NCBI GenBank assembly: GCA_934432725.1
Contig: CAKRZE010000001.1
Location: forward strand, 137,945-201,944
Direction of reading: 5' to 3'
Origin: an uncultured Eubacteriales bacterium
GTDB lineage: Bacteria > Bacillota > Clostridia > Oscillospirales > CAG-272
Length of the DNA stretch: 64,000 nt
Below, in pieces: positions 1 to 9,400 of the stretch. Both the position numbers and the translations under genes were made by a program. The notes beneath the pieces are model-generated. The model saw only the letters and a program-made list of their open reading frames with translations. It was not told the DNA's origin and ran no database searches. Within the stretch, counting starts at the first letter, position 1. Every line of letters begins with the position of its first letter.

Positions 1-488
1 CGGGTTTGAGGGAACACCGGCATTATCCGAGCAGACATTTTCTTAAGATCGTGGGCGAAATGCCGAATCCGGTTATTTACAGCTGCGATGCCCATTCTCC
101 GGATGCCGTATGGAAGCCGGAAGCGGAACGGGAAGCAGATGCACCGCGGCAGGAATTCGGTCTGATATTCGTTCCGAAAATGAAGCGAATCGGTTTGATC
201 GCGCTCGCGTTCGGCAGCCGGATTTTTATCCTCTGCCTCAAAATACATCTGCCATACGACGCAAGGGCAGCATACCCAAGCCGCGGGACCGGACAAAGCC
301 CCGGACTTTTTCAAATGCTCCGTGTCGGGACTGTAAGCGCATGGAACAAAGCGAGTCAAACTCACCGGCAAAGAATCAGCTCTGAAAGAAAGACGATAAT
401 ACAGCAGCCGACAGACACCTTCGTCAGATCCGCCCCGAACCATGAAAGCAGAATTCCCGCGACCAGAGCCAGAAGACCCGACCACTGA
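1..488 (+). CDS. PHP-family histidinol-phosphatase-like protein, C-terminal fragment (gene starts upstream of the window)
   Basis: The frame is open from the window edge. The aa stretch RHYPSRHFLKIVGEMPNPVIYSCDAHSPDAVWKPEAEREADAPRQEFGL closely matches the C-terminus of the complete PHP protein at 17218-18003. Nt 1-190 are about 92% identical by eye to the reverse complement of 17240-17430. Similarity ends near 190 after a small indel, so the tail to the stop at 488 (antisense overlap with azlD) may be frameshift read-through. Confidence 0.5.
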   Translation, partial: GLREHRHYPSRHFLKIVGEMPNPVIYSCDAHSPDAVWKPEAEREADAPRQEFGLIFVPKMKRIGLIALAFGSRIFILCLKIHLPYDARAAYPSRGTGQSPGLFQMLRVGTVSAWNKASQTHRQRISSERKTIIQQPTDTFVRSAPNHESRIPATRARRPDH

Positions 489-679
489 CTTTGGGTTGCG
501 TGCAGAATTGCGGGAAAGGTCATGACCGCCAAGGTTACATACGGCACATAATATAAAAATGACCGAAGAAATCGGTTCCGGATCTCCCTGCGGATCAGGG
601 TCAGAGGGGTCACACGGATCAGATACGTGACAAGCGCCATCACGGCAATGTAAATATATGTATTATGCTGCATGTTCAT
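362..679 (-). CDS. azlD: AzlD-family branched-chain amino acid transport protein
   Basis: Small hydrophobic protein (MNMQHNTYIYIAVMALVTYLIRVTPL...). The internal ATG at 679 overlaps the azlC stop, the classic azlC-azlD arrangement. Confidence 0.8.
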   Translation of the reverse strand: MNMQHNTYIYIAVMALVTYLIRVTPLTLIRREIRNRFLRSFLYYVPYVTLAVMTFPAILHATQSQWSGLLALVAGILLSWFGADLTKVSVGCCIIVFLSELILCR

Positions 680-1433
680 CCTTCTTTCCGTCCCTGTCCA
701 CCGGGAACAGCACTGCGGCAATGCAGGAGATCAACACCGTCAGTATGATTACACGCATTCCGTCGGACAGTGCGGATAGGAACGGAATGCAGCCGCACAA
801 AAAGCTCGCCGCAAAGCTGATCAGGACAATGCCGAGAATGACGCGGTTTTTTCTGGCTGGCGGAATGATCACGGCGATAAACATACCGTACAGTGCAACG
901 CTCAGCGCACTGACCGCCCGCAGAGGCAGAAGATTTCCCGCGAGCACGCCGAGCCCGGTTCCGACTGCCCAGCAGGGAATGGATACCAGCATCGCTCCGT
1001 AGCTGTACAGCGGATTCAGATATCCCGGCTTTGCAACCGATATGCCGAACAGCTCATCGGTCACATCAAAGCCGACAAGAAGCCGATGGATCAGGGGGGT
1101 ATCCGGAGCAAATTTCTGGCTCAGGGCGCAGCTCATCAAAAGGTATCGGATATTGGTTACGAACATTACAAGCGCCGTCTCCCAATAGGATGCCTGTGAA
1201 GAAATCAGAAGAAAGCCGGCGTATTCTCCGGCAGAGGCATTGTTCAAAAGACTCGCAATTACCCCCTGCCAGACGGAAAGTCCCGCATTTCTTGCCGCGA
1301 TTCCGAGCGTAAACGAAACCGCGAAATAGCCCACCGCAATCGGGGTTCCGTCCCGGATGCCCGACAAAAAGGCGCGGCTCCGTTCGGATTGAGCATACAT
1401 CCTGTTTTTTGATTGAACCGATCTGGATTTCAT
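663..1433 (-). CDS. azlC: AzlC-family branched-chain amino acid permease
   Basis: 256 aa polytopic protein with an AzlC-like N-terminal region (GIRDGTPIAVGYFAVSFTLGIAA...NNASAGEYAG). It is followed by azlD with overlapping stop/start. Confidence 0.8.
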   Translation of the reverse strand: MKSRSVQSKNRMYAQSERSRAFLSGIRDGTPIAVGYFAVSFTLGIAARNAGLSVWQGVIASLLNNASAGEYAGFLLISSQASYWETALVMFVTNIRYLLMSCALSQKFAPDTPLIHRLLVGFDVTDELFGISVAKPGYLNPLYSYGAMLVSIPCWAVGTGLGVLAGNLLPLRAVSALSVALYGMFIAVIIPPARKNRVILGIVLISFAASFLCGCIPFLSALSDGMRVIILTVLISCIAAVLFPVDRDGKKDEHAA

Positions 1434-1502
1434 TGCAGATGACCGTTAGCTTTCCTTCATGAAAGCGTCCTTCCGTGTTTTGTGCTGCTTTTTGTCCGGG
1501 TT

Positions 1503-3134
1503 TCAGCAAACCGGTCTGTTTCTCTCACGATCCGGCAGCTCCGTCCACAGCCGCCTGTTTTTGATGCGGCAAATCAGACGGAGAATCGCTGCCGCAGCGC
1601 CCTGAAAGCCGTATACGGCATACGGAATCATCAGAATTACGTATGTCAGAACATACTGGGACTTCGCTTCAAACAATTCATGATACAGAAAGCCTCCCAG
1701 TACAACAAGCGGGAGCAGAAACAACCGCGGATTTTTTTCGTGCAGCAGACGAATCACCGCAAAAAACATGCCGGCATAAATAAGCTGCACAAACTGATCC
1801 ATCAAAAATTTCACCGTATGCTCGCCCTCTCCGCACACATATGCAGCAATTCCCGTTTTTTCTCCGTATTGACCGCGCACCTGGTTGTTCCAGATGCTCT
1901 GAAAGCTTGTTTCGTTCCACTGGCTCAAGCCCTTACACACGAAAAAACGGACCGCGTCCAGCGGATGTTCCGAAAAATACCGCGCCCTTTCCCGAATCGC
2001 ATCAATCGCAAGTCTCGAAGTCTCCTCGCGGTTTTCTCCGGTCTGACGGAAATTTGTCACCGTATAGGCGGGGGCATACCAGCCCGGTCCGATTCCGCTT
2101 TCATGCAGCCCGAGCGCCAGCCAGCATACCATGGGGATTCCGTCTCCGAAGTCCTTTCCGGTTCTCTTTTCGTACTGCCACTGTCCGAAGCCCTTCAGCC
2201 CGAGCACCGCGGCGGCAATCAGAAGAACTGCCGAAGCTCTGCGGAGGCGTGTTTGGATATCAATCCCGGAAGAAATGCCGCGAAGGAGCCCGATCAGCAG
2301 CACCGCCACCCAGACGATCATATTATTCAGCTTCAGCCCGACGGAAACAGACAAAAGAACCGCGCTCCCCATGGCATACCGAAGCCTGTCTGACTCGCAA
2401 TACCCGAAAAACAGATACATACCCCATACAGCAAAACAAAAGCCCGGAATATTCCCGTACAGGAAGGAGCAGAAAAGCACCGGCTGTCCAAACAGAGCAA
2501 GCGCGCCTGCTGTCAAAACGGTAACTGAAAAGCGGTGAAACAGCCGGTCTGTAATCAGGACCAAGCCTGCCTCGGCAGCGGCAAGACACACGACATTGAT
2601 GATCTCAAGCGGAAGATACCAGCCTTCGTTCAGAAACAGCACATACGACCAAAGCTCCGTCCACAGCACATAGCCGAGCTGAAACGGAAAATATCTGAAG
2701 TAATAGGATTCCGCAATATAATGAGAATCTCCGTTCGCCATCGCCGCACCGGCGCGCGTGACAACAAGCGAATCATGCGTAGGTGCGGACTGCGACATCA
2801 GAATCCAGAGCACGCCGATCAGCAAAATCCAGAGAAACAGGCACAGCGCGGGAAGACGCGCATTCTGCGCCTTGTGTTCATCCAAGGCAGACAGTTTCCG
2901 GTTCAGAGCCGTGCAGCCGGTCAAAAACAGTGCGAGAATCAAAAGATTGAAAGCCCACGTGTCCCATCTGAGCTCCGCGCATTCAAGCATTTCATTGTTC
3001 ATATTCATATCTGTTGTCTGCACCAGTGCGCCGACCGAAAGGAAAAACATGGCGGCAAGAAGAAGACCCGCGATCAAAAGCATTCCCGCGCGTTCTGTTT
3101 TGCCGCATCGTTCTCCCTGAATAATATGATTCAT
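1503..3134 (-). CDS. Polytopic membrane protein, GT-C (PMT_2/ArnT-like) glycosyltransferase candidate
   Basis: Long ORF with more than 10 hydrophobic segments and a loop-rich C-terminal half typical of lipid-linked sugar transferases. The start was chosen at the internal ATG (MNHIIQ...); the ORF is open to 3245. Family assignment is by general resemblance only. Confidence 0.45.
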   Translation of the reverse strand: MNHIIQGERCGKTERAGMLLIAGLLLAAMFFLSVGALVQTTDMNMNNEMLECAELRWDTWAFNLLILALFLTGCTALNRKLSALDEHKAQNARLPALCLFLWILLIGVLWILMSQSAPTHDSLVVTRAGAAMANGDSHYIAESYYFRYFPFQLGYVLWTELWSYVLFLNEGWYLPLEIINVVCLAAAEAGLVLITDRLFHRFSVTVLTAGALALFGQPVLFCSFLYGNIPGFCFAVWGMYLFFGYCESDRLRYAMGSAVLLSVSVGLKLNNMIVWVAVLLIGLLRGISSGIDIQTRLRRASAVLLIAAAVLGLKGFGQWQYEKRTGKDFGDGIPMVCWLALGLHESGIGPGWYAPAYTVTNFRQTGENREETSRLAIDAIRERARYFSEHPLDAVRFFVCKGLSQWNETSFQSIWNNQVRGQYGEKTGIAAYVCGEGEHTVKFLMDQFVQLIYAGMFFAVIRLLHEKNPRLFLLPLVVLGGFLYHELFEAKSQYVLTYVILMIPYAVYGFQGAAAAILRLICRIKNRRLWTELPDRERNRPVC

Positions 3135-3826
3135 TGTCCGTAACCGTTGCTTTTGCGGAAGAAAAGCTTCCTTTCCCGGATTATTTTTATTACAGTATCG
3201 CTCTGCGATTCCTGACCCGCTTTCGTTTCCTGTTTCTCGGTGCATCAGGCAAAAGACTGCCGAAAACGCCTCCGGTCAAAGAGCTGCAAAAAGATACGAT
3301 AGCATAAGCCGGATTGATTATAGCACAGAGTAAAAACGCTGTCAAGTAAGGCGGATTCTCCAGCCGGAGCGCGGGCAGAAAAGGAACAGATTTTTCTTGT
3401 ACATTCGGTTATTCCCGCACAGTCACACTGTCCAAGGGGGAATTCGATTCCGGCACAGTCGGCCCGCATTGGCGGCAAGAGTACGAAGCCTGCGGGGCTT
3501 TTTTACCGAACACAGAAAGCCCGCCATGAGGTTCTCTTTCGGAAAGAAATTAACAGCTCCTCGAAAACGCCGGACTGGATTCCTGCATTTTTGATGCAAT
3601 CTTGGTGTTTTTGCCCCAGAGTCTTTGGTTTTCGGATGATTCCGCGGCAAAACCGCAGCGCCTGACCGCCGAGACCAACGCCGGCGTAGCGTAAAAACGC
3701 AAAACGTGTTTTCTACGCTCCTATTTTCCGGGAAATACGGTCCGCATTTCCTCGGAAAATGCCGCAGCATTTTTCTTTTTGCACATATTTTTTTCTGATA
3801 TTCGTACAAAACGCCGATAGTGTCGA

Positions 3827-3855
3827 TGATTGGCTCTTGCATTCAAAAAGCTTTG
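3827..3855 (+). promoter_or_regulatory. Sigma-A type promoter for the MMPL/surface-protein operon
   Basis: TTGCAT, then a 17 nt spacer ending in TGC, then TATAAT, about 95 nt upstream of the MMPL start. Confidence 0.55.
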
Positions 3856-3948
3856 ATGCTATAATAATTTCATCATATTTCATGCAAAGCCATTCGGTAC
3901 GGAGCCATATTCCGTATCGGAAAAGCATTGTTTAGCGGAGGGAACGAG

Positions 3949-6423
3949 ATGGATAAACCGACCACTGCGGGAACCGGCAGCAGCGGAATGGAAAAGGTTG
4001 CCGCGTTTATCGTCGATAAGCGCAATTTGTTTTTTCTGGTGTTTGCAGTTCTGGTTGTGTTCAGTGCATTTTCAAGAAACTGGGTCAAGGTTGAAAATTC
4101 TCTGGACGCCTATCTGCCCGCATCTTCCAAAACAAATTTGGGACTTTCCGTGATGGACCGCGACTTCACGACATACGGAACCGCAAAGGTCATGATCGCC
4201 AACCTGTCGGCAGATGAAGCCGATGCACTGCGCGAACGGATTCTGAGCTTTGACGGCGTTTTTTCCGTAGACTTTGACCATACGGAAAAGCACTATAAAA
4301 ACGCATCCGCTCTGTTTGACGTAACCTTTCTGGACGGGGAGGATACAGAGGAGTGCCAGAATGCGCTGAATTTCCTGAAGACCGAGCTGTCCGACTATGA
4401 TCTGTACATTTCGACCGGCATCGGAGATCAGACCTCCGAGATCATTGCGGCAGAAATGAACGTTATCATTATTATTGTCGCCGTTGTTGTGGTTACGGTA
4501 CTGATCCTGACCTCGGAAACCTATGCAGAGGTTCCGGTTCTGCTGATCACCTTTATTGTATCGGCAATTCTGACCATGGGGACCAACTACATATTCGGCA
4601 CGATTTCCTTTGTCTCCAATTCTGTCACCGTTGTGCTTCAGCTTGCGCTCTCCATTGACTATGCAATCATTTTCTGCAACCGGTACAAAGAAGAGCACCT
4701 GAAGCTGCCGGTCCGCGAAGCGGTGATCATTGCGCTGAGCAAGGCAATTCCGGAGATCTTCGCCAGCAGCCTTACCACGGTCGGTGGGCTGTTCGCCATG
4801 CTGTTCATGCAGTTCCGCATCGGTCCCGATATGGCGATCTGTCTGATCAAGGCAATTCTGCTCAGCCTTCTGTCTGTCTTTATTCTGATGCCGGGACTTT
4901 TGGTTTTATTCGGAAATCTCATGGATAAAACCAGACACAAAAGCTTTATCCCAAAAATCCCCCTGGTCGGAAAATACGCATATGTCACGCGGTTTATCGT
5001 CCCGCCGGTATTTGTCCTGCTTGTGGTCGGTGCTGCGCTTGTTTCCGCAAAATGCCCCTATGTTTACGGCTATGACACCCTGACCACTCCAAAGCTGAAT
5101 GATACGCAGGTTGCATCGCAAATGATCAAAGAGAATTTCTCCGACTCCAACATGGTGGCTCTGATGGTTCCATCGGGCAGCTATGAGCAGGAGCGTGAGC
5201 TTCTGAAAAAGCTGGAAGAGCGCGATGAGGTGCAGTCCACGCTCGGCTTGTCCAATATCGAAGCCATGAGCGGTTACACGCTCGCGGACCGCCTCACTCC
5301 GCGGCAGTTTGCAGAGCTTCTGGATATGGATTATGAGGTTGCCGTACTTGTTTACTCCGCCTATGCGGTCAGTGATGAAAATTACGGAAAAATCGTCAGC
5401 GGCATCTCGGATTACAGCATTCCGCTGATCGATATTTTCATGTTTGTATACGATGAAGTGGAAAACGGATATGTGACGCTGGAGCCGGAGCTTCAGAAGC
5501 AGCTTGACGATGCTTACAGTCAGATGGTCCGTGCAAAAAAGCAGCTGCAAAGCGATTCCTACAGCCGTATGCTGGTCTATCTTGACCTCCCGGTGAGCGG
5601 TCAGCAGACCTTTGACTTTATCGACACCATCTATGACACGGCAGGCGCCCTGTATCCCGAAAACGATGTATACGTAGTCGGACAGTCAACCAGCCAGTAC
5701 GATTTCTGCAAATCGTTTGAAAAAGACAACACCGTTGTTTCGGTCGTTTCGATTCTGATCGTTCTGGTAGTGCTTCTGTTCACCTTCAAATCGGTCGGCA
5801 TGCCGATCCTTCTGATTCTGGTCATCCAGGGAAGCATCTGGTTCAATTTCTCTGTCCCGACCCTGATGGGAAGCGATGTATTTTTCATGAGCTATCTGAT
5901 TGTCAGCTCCATTCAGATGGGAGCCAACATCGATTACGCCATTGTCATATCAAGCCGGTATATGGAGCTGAAAAACACCATGCCGCGCAAGCAGGCAATT
6001 ATCGAAACCATGAACCTATCCTTCCCGACGATTATCACCTCCGGCACCATGCTGGCGGTGGCGGGAATCCTGATCGGCAACATGACCTCCGAGGCGTGCA
6101 TTGCGGGAATCGGAGACGCGCTCGGACGCGGCACCCTGATATCAATCTTTATTGTCATGTTTGTTCTCCCGCAGATTCTGCTTCTCGGAGACAGGATCAT
6201 TGATAAAACCGCCTTTACCGTACCGAAAGCAATCCGGCACCGCGCAGCATCCGGAAATGTGCGGGTGGACGGTCTTGTGCGCGGCGAGATCAGGGGAACC
6301 GTGAACGGAACCGTTCATGCAACCGTAAACGGGGATGTCAATCTGAATGTCATTTCCGGCAATGTTTTGGAACAGGAGGAAAGCGGACATGAAAATCCGG
6401 AACAACCAGAAGAAAGCCGGTAA
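3949..6423 (+). CDS. MMPL/RND-superfamily membrane transporter
   Basis: Two-fold architecture with two transmembrane bundles, each followed by a conserved motif (SIDYAIIFCNRYKEEH and GANIDYAIVISSRYMELK) typical of MMPL domains. RBS GGAGGG sits before ATG 3949. Confidence 0.8.
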   Translation: MDKPTTAGTGSSGMEKVAAFIVDKRNLFFLVFAVLVVFSAFSRNWVKVENSLDAYLPASSKTNLGLSVMDRDFTTYGTAKVMIANLSADEADALRERILSFDGVFSVDFDHTEKHYKNASALFDVTFLDGEDTEECQNALNFLKTELSDYDLYISTGIGDQTSEIIAAEMNVIIIIVAVVVVTVLILTSETYAEVPVLLITFIVSAILTMGTNYIFGTISFVSNSVTVVLQLALSIDYAIIFCNRYKEEHLKLPVREAVIIALSKAIPEIFASSLTTVGGLFAMLFMQFRIGPDMAICLIKAILLSLLSVFILMPGLLVLFGNLMDKTRHKSFIPKIPLVGKYAYVTRFIVPPVFVLLVVGAALVSAKCPYVYGYDTLTTPKLNDTQVASQMIKENFSDSNMVALMVPSGSYEQERELLKKLEERDEVQSTLGLSNIEAMSGYTLADRLTPRQFAELLDMDYEVAVLVYSAYAVSDENYGKIVSGISDYSIPLIDIFMFVYDEVENGYVTLEPELQKQLDDAYSQMVRAKKQLQSDSYSRMLVYLDLPVSGQQTFDFIDTIYDTAGALYPENDVYVVGQSTSQYDFCKSFEKDNTVVSVVSILIVLVVLLFTFKSVGMPILLILVIQGSIWFNFSVPTLMGSDVFFMSYLIVSSIQMGANIDYAIVISSRYMELKNTMPRKQAIIETMNLSFPTIITSGTMLAVAGILIGNMTSEACIAGIGDALGRGTLISIFIVMFVLPQILLLGDRIIDKTAFTVPKAIRHRAASGNVRVDGLVRGEIRGTVNGTVHATVNGDVNLNVISGNVLEQEESGHENPEQPEESR

Positions 6424-9400
6424 AAGAGCCGTTTTTTGGGGGCGTGCGGCAGCCCTTGTTCTGACAGGTATTCTTCTCCTCGGCATAGCTGCGCCGGTGT
6501 TTGCCGCAGATGAGCCGGGAACCGTTTATATCGGATCGGCAAAGGAATTTGAAGAATTCGCCGAGCACTGCCGGCTTGATACCTGGTCACAGGGCAAAAA
6601 ATTTGTTATTACAAAGGATATTGATCTGTCCGGCATCCGGTTTTCCGGCATTCCGTCGTTCGGCGGCACGCTTGACGGACAGGGACATTCCGTAAGCGGT
6701 CTGGAGCTGACAGAGGCGCTCTCCCCCGCAGGACTGTTCTGCGTGATACAAGAGGGAGGCTCCGTTTCAAATCTTGCGGTTACAGGTCGCGTCACGCCGT
6801 CCGGCAGCCGGGAAAAGCTCGGCGGCATTGCCGGAATCAATCACGGAACCGTCTCATCGTGCAGCTTCAGCGGGATCATATCGGGAGAAGAGAAGATCGG
6901 CGGAATTGCCGGATATAATACCTCTACCGGACTGATTGCGGACTGTACGGTCAGGGGGGTTCTGACAGGAAGCAGCATGACCGGCGGCATCGTCGGAGAA
7001 AATGCAGGCTCTGTGACGGGATGCCGGAATGAGAGCGGCGTCAATATTACGGACGTTGAAAAAACCCTGAGGCTTCAGGATATTTCCTTTGATATTACAA
7101 GCCTCAAGCTTTCTGAAAATCTGAGCATATCCTCGGTTGATACCGGAGGAATCGCGGGATATTCCAGCGGTATTCTGATCAACAATCACAACAGCGGAAA
7201 AATCGGTTATCCGCATATCGGCTACAATACGGGCGGCATTGTGGGAAGAACCTGCGGATATATCTCCGGCTGTACAAATGACGGAGAAATATACGGCAGG
7301 AAAGAGGTCGGCGGCATTGCCGGACAGCAGGAGCCGAATGTGACGCTCCGCTTTCCGCAAAGCACGGTTGACCGGCTTGCAGAGGAGCTTGACCGGATCT
7401 ATGCACAGACCGAAAAGGCACTGGAGGATGCAGGGAATTCCTCCTCGGCGGTTTCCGTTCGCCTCAGAATGCTGCTTGCAAGCCTGAATGAGGCTAAGAA
7501 CAGCACCAAAGAGCTGAGTAATCTGACCACGGAGTGGGCAAACTCCAATATCGATGAGGCAAACCGGCTGAGCAGCATGACGGCGGAAATGCTCGAAGGA
7601 TTTGCGGGAATATCCGACCGCCTGCGTGAAATCAGCGATGTTCTGGAGCAGGCAATGCAGCAGGGCGCCGACGGCATGGGGCAGCTTGCTTCGGCTGCCA
7701 GACTCAGTGCCGATGCACTCGGTTCTGTGCGAAAAGGACTGGATGAGGCTTACGCTGCATCGGAGGAGCTTCATAAGAACGTACTGCTGATACAGGACGG
7801 CTGCGAGGTGCTGAGAAATGCATTCCGTATTCAGGATCGGGACGCTTTCAAGGCTTCTCTTGAACAGATTTCAAACGGCATGGACGCGGCAGCGCTTGCC
7901 ATGACGCAGATTTCGGCTGCCGCAAAGAAAATATCCGATCTGTTTGAGGACTGTACGTGGTTCGATCCTGCGCTGCAAAGCATCGGGCGTCTGGGGGATG
8001 ATCTTGCAGACACGGCATCTGCCGTCAAAAAGTGCTCCGATGCTTTGAAAAAGCTGGAAGACAATGTAAGCGTTGACTGGGATAAGCTGAAAGAGGGCGC
8101 GGATGAATTTACTGCCGCCTTGGATGCCGTCTGCGCACTGGCAGATGCGGTTGACCGTTCGCTTGCCTCGGTGAAGGACGCCCTTCTGGAAATCACGGAC
8201 GGAGTGACGGCGATGCGGAATGCCGTAACCGTCAATGATCCGGAAGCTGTAAAAAACGGCTTTTCCAAGATTGAGCACGGAATCTCGGCGCTTACGGACG
8301 CATGCCGCGCAATGAGCGATGCCGCCTCAAGGCTTGAAGAAAAGTGGAGGGATGCAGAATGGGTAGACCCGCTGCTTGACGGCATGGCAGATTTTATCCG
8401 CACGCTCGGAGAAATGACAAAGCATCTTTCAAACATCAAAGATGCGGAAGACCGCATCCGCGATCAGATCGTCATCAATGAGGAGCTTGCAGAGGAAGCG
8501 CTGAAGCAGCTTTCCGAAGCAGTGGATCGGCTGCTTTCGGCATCGGAGGAAATTCTTTCTGCCCTAAAGAAAATAAATACCGGATATGAAATGGTTCTTG
8601 CCGGTCTGGAGCAGCTGAAGCAGGCGCTTGTATGTAAGGATCCGGACGCTGCAAAAGCGGCTGTCGCACAGTGCCGCGCCGGAATTCTGCAAATCGCACA
8701 GGCGTATGAGGAAATGAAAGCCGCTGCGGATACCATCAGCACCATTCTGCGCGAAACAGAGGGATTGGGCGGACTTCTGAAAAATTGGAAAAGCCTTGTC
8801 GAAGCCTTCCGTTCTTTCGGTGACGGTCTTTCCGGATTTGCCGGGGGCTGCCGCACCACGGCGGAAGCACTTCTGAAATTTTCCGAGACACTGGGCGTTG
8901 ACTGGGACGCAGCCCTGCGGGGTGCATCCGATGTCATTCACGGGATCGAAACCGTTCTGGAGGGTACCAGACAGCTTGCTCAGGCAAACGCAGATATGGT
9001 TGACGCAGTTTCCGAATTAATTTCCGGTCTTCGCAAGCTCAAGCAGGCAATCACCGTGAATGATATTTCCGAAATCGTAAAAGCCGCGGAGGATATCCGA
9101 AAGGAGCTGGGGCTGCTGCTGCCGGTGTGCAGGGATGCCTGCGCCGCCGCCGAAAAGGTAATCGGAGCACTCAAGGATGCCCGCGCATGGGGAGACGAAT
9201 GCGAGGAAGATGTCAAGGCGCTTCTGGAAGCGTTCGGCAAAGCTTCGGATGCGCTCGGACAGATCAATGAAGGCATCGGAGATATCACGGAAAACACCGA
9301 AATCGATGCAGAGGCGCTTTCGGGCGGATTTTCTCTCACGCTGGAAGGTGTACGCGATCTTGCCATGTCCGCAGATTCGCTCCGCGCAGTCTGTGCAGAT

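Noticed and set aside
110-385. ORF 110-385 (plus) and ORF 17018-17320 (minus), which share an MEAG(S/N)GTG... N-terminus.
   Set aside because: The shared part is simply the alternative frame of the duplicated PHP 3' end. Only the distal part of 17018-17182 was retained, as a low-confidence small ORF.
3246-3826. 139-aa minus-strand ORF (3423-3842), a plus-strand terminator-like hairpin at about 3483-3506, and faint A-tail/X-core-like strings (CGGCGTAGCGTAAAAACG around 3682; GCCGCAGCATTTTT around 3759) in the GT-C/MMPL divergent spacer.
   Set aside because: The ORF is low-complexity. The repeat resemblances are too short and degenerate to claim without a profile search, so they are kept only as a note.
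6854-8457. Long antisense ORFs inside the giant surface-protein gene (6854-7774, 7831-8457, 8464-8937 and others).
   Set aside because: They are shadows of a repeat-rich, Ala/Ser-codon-rich gene. They have no independent starts or SD, and their compositions mirror the sense strand.
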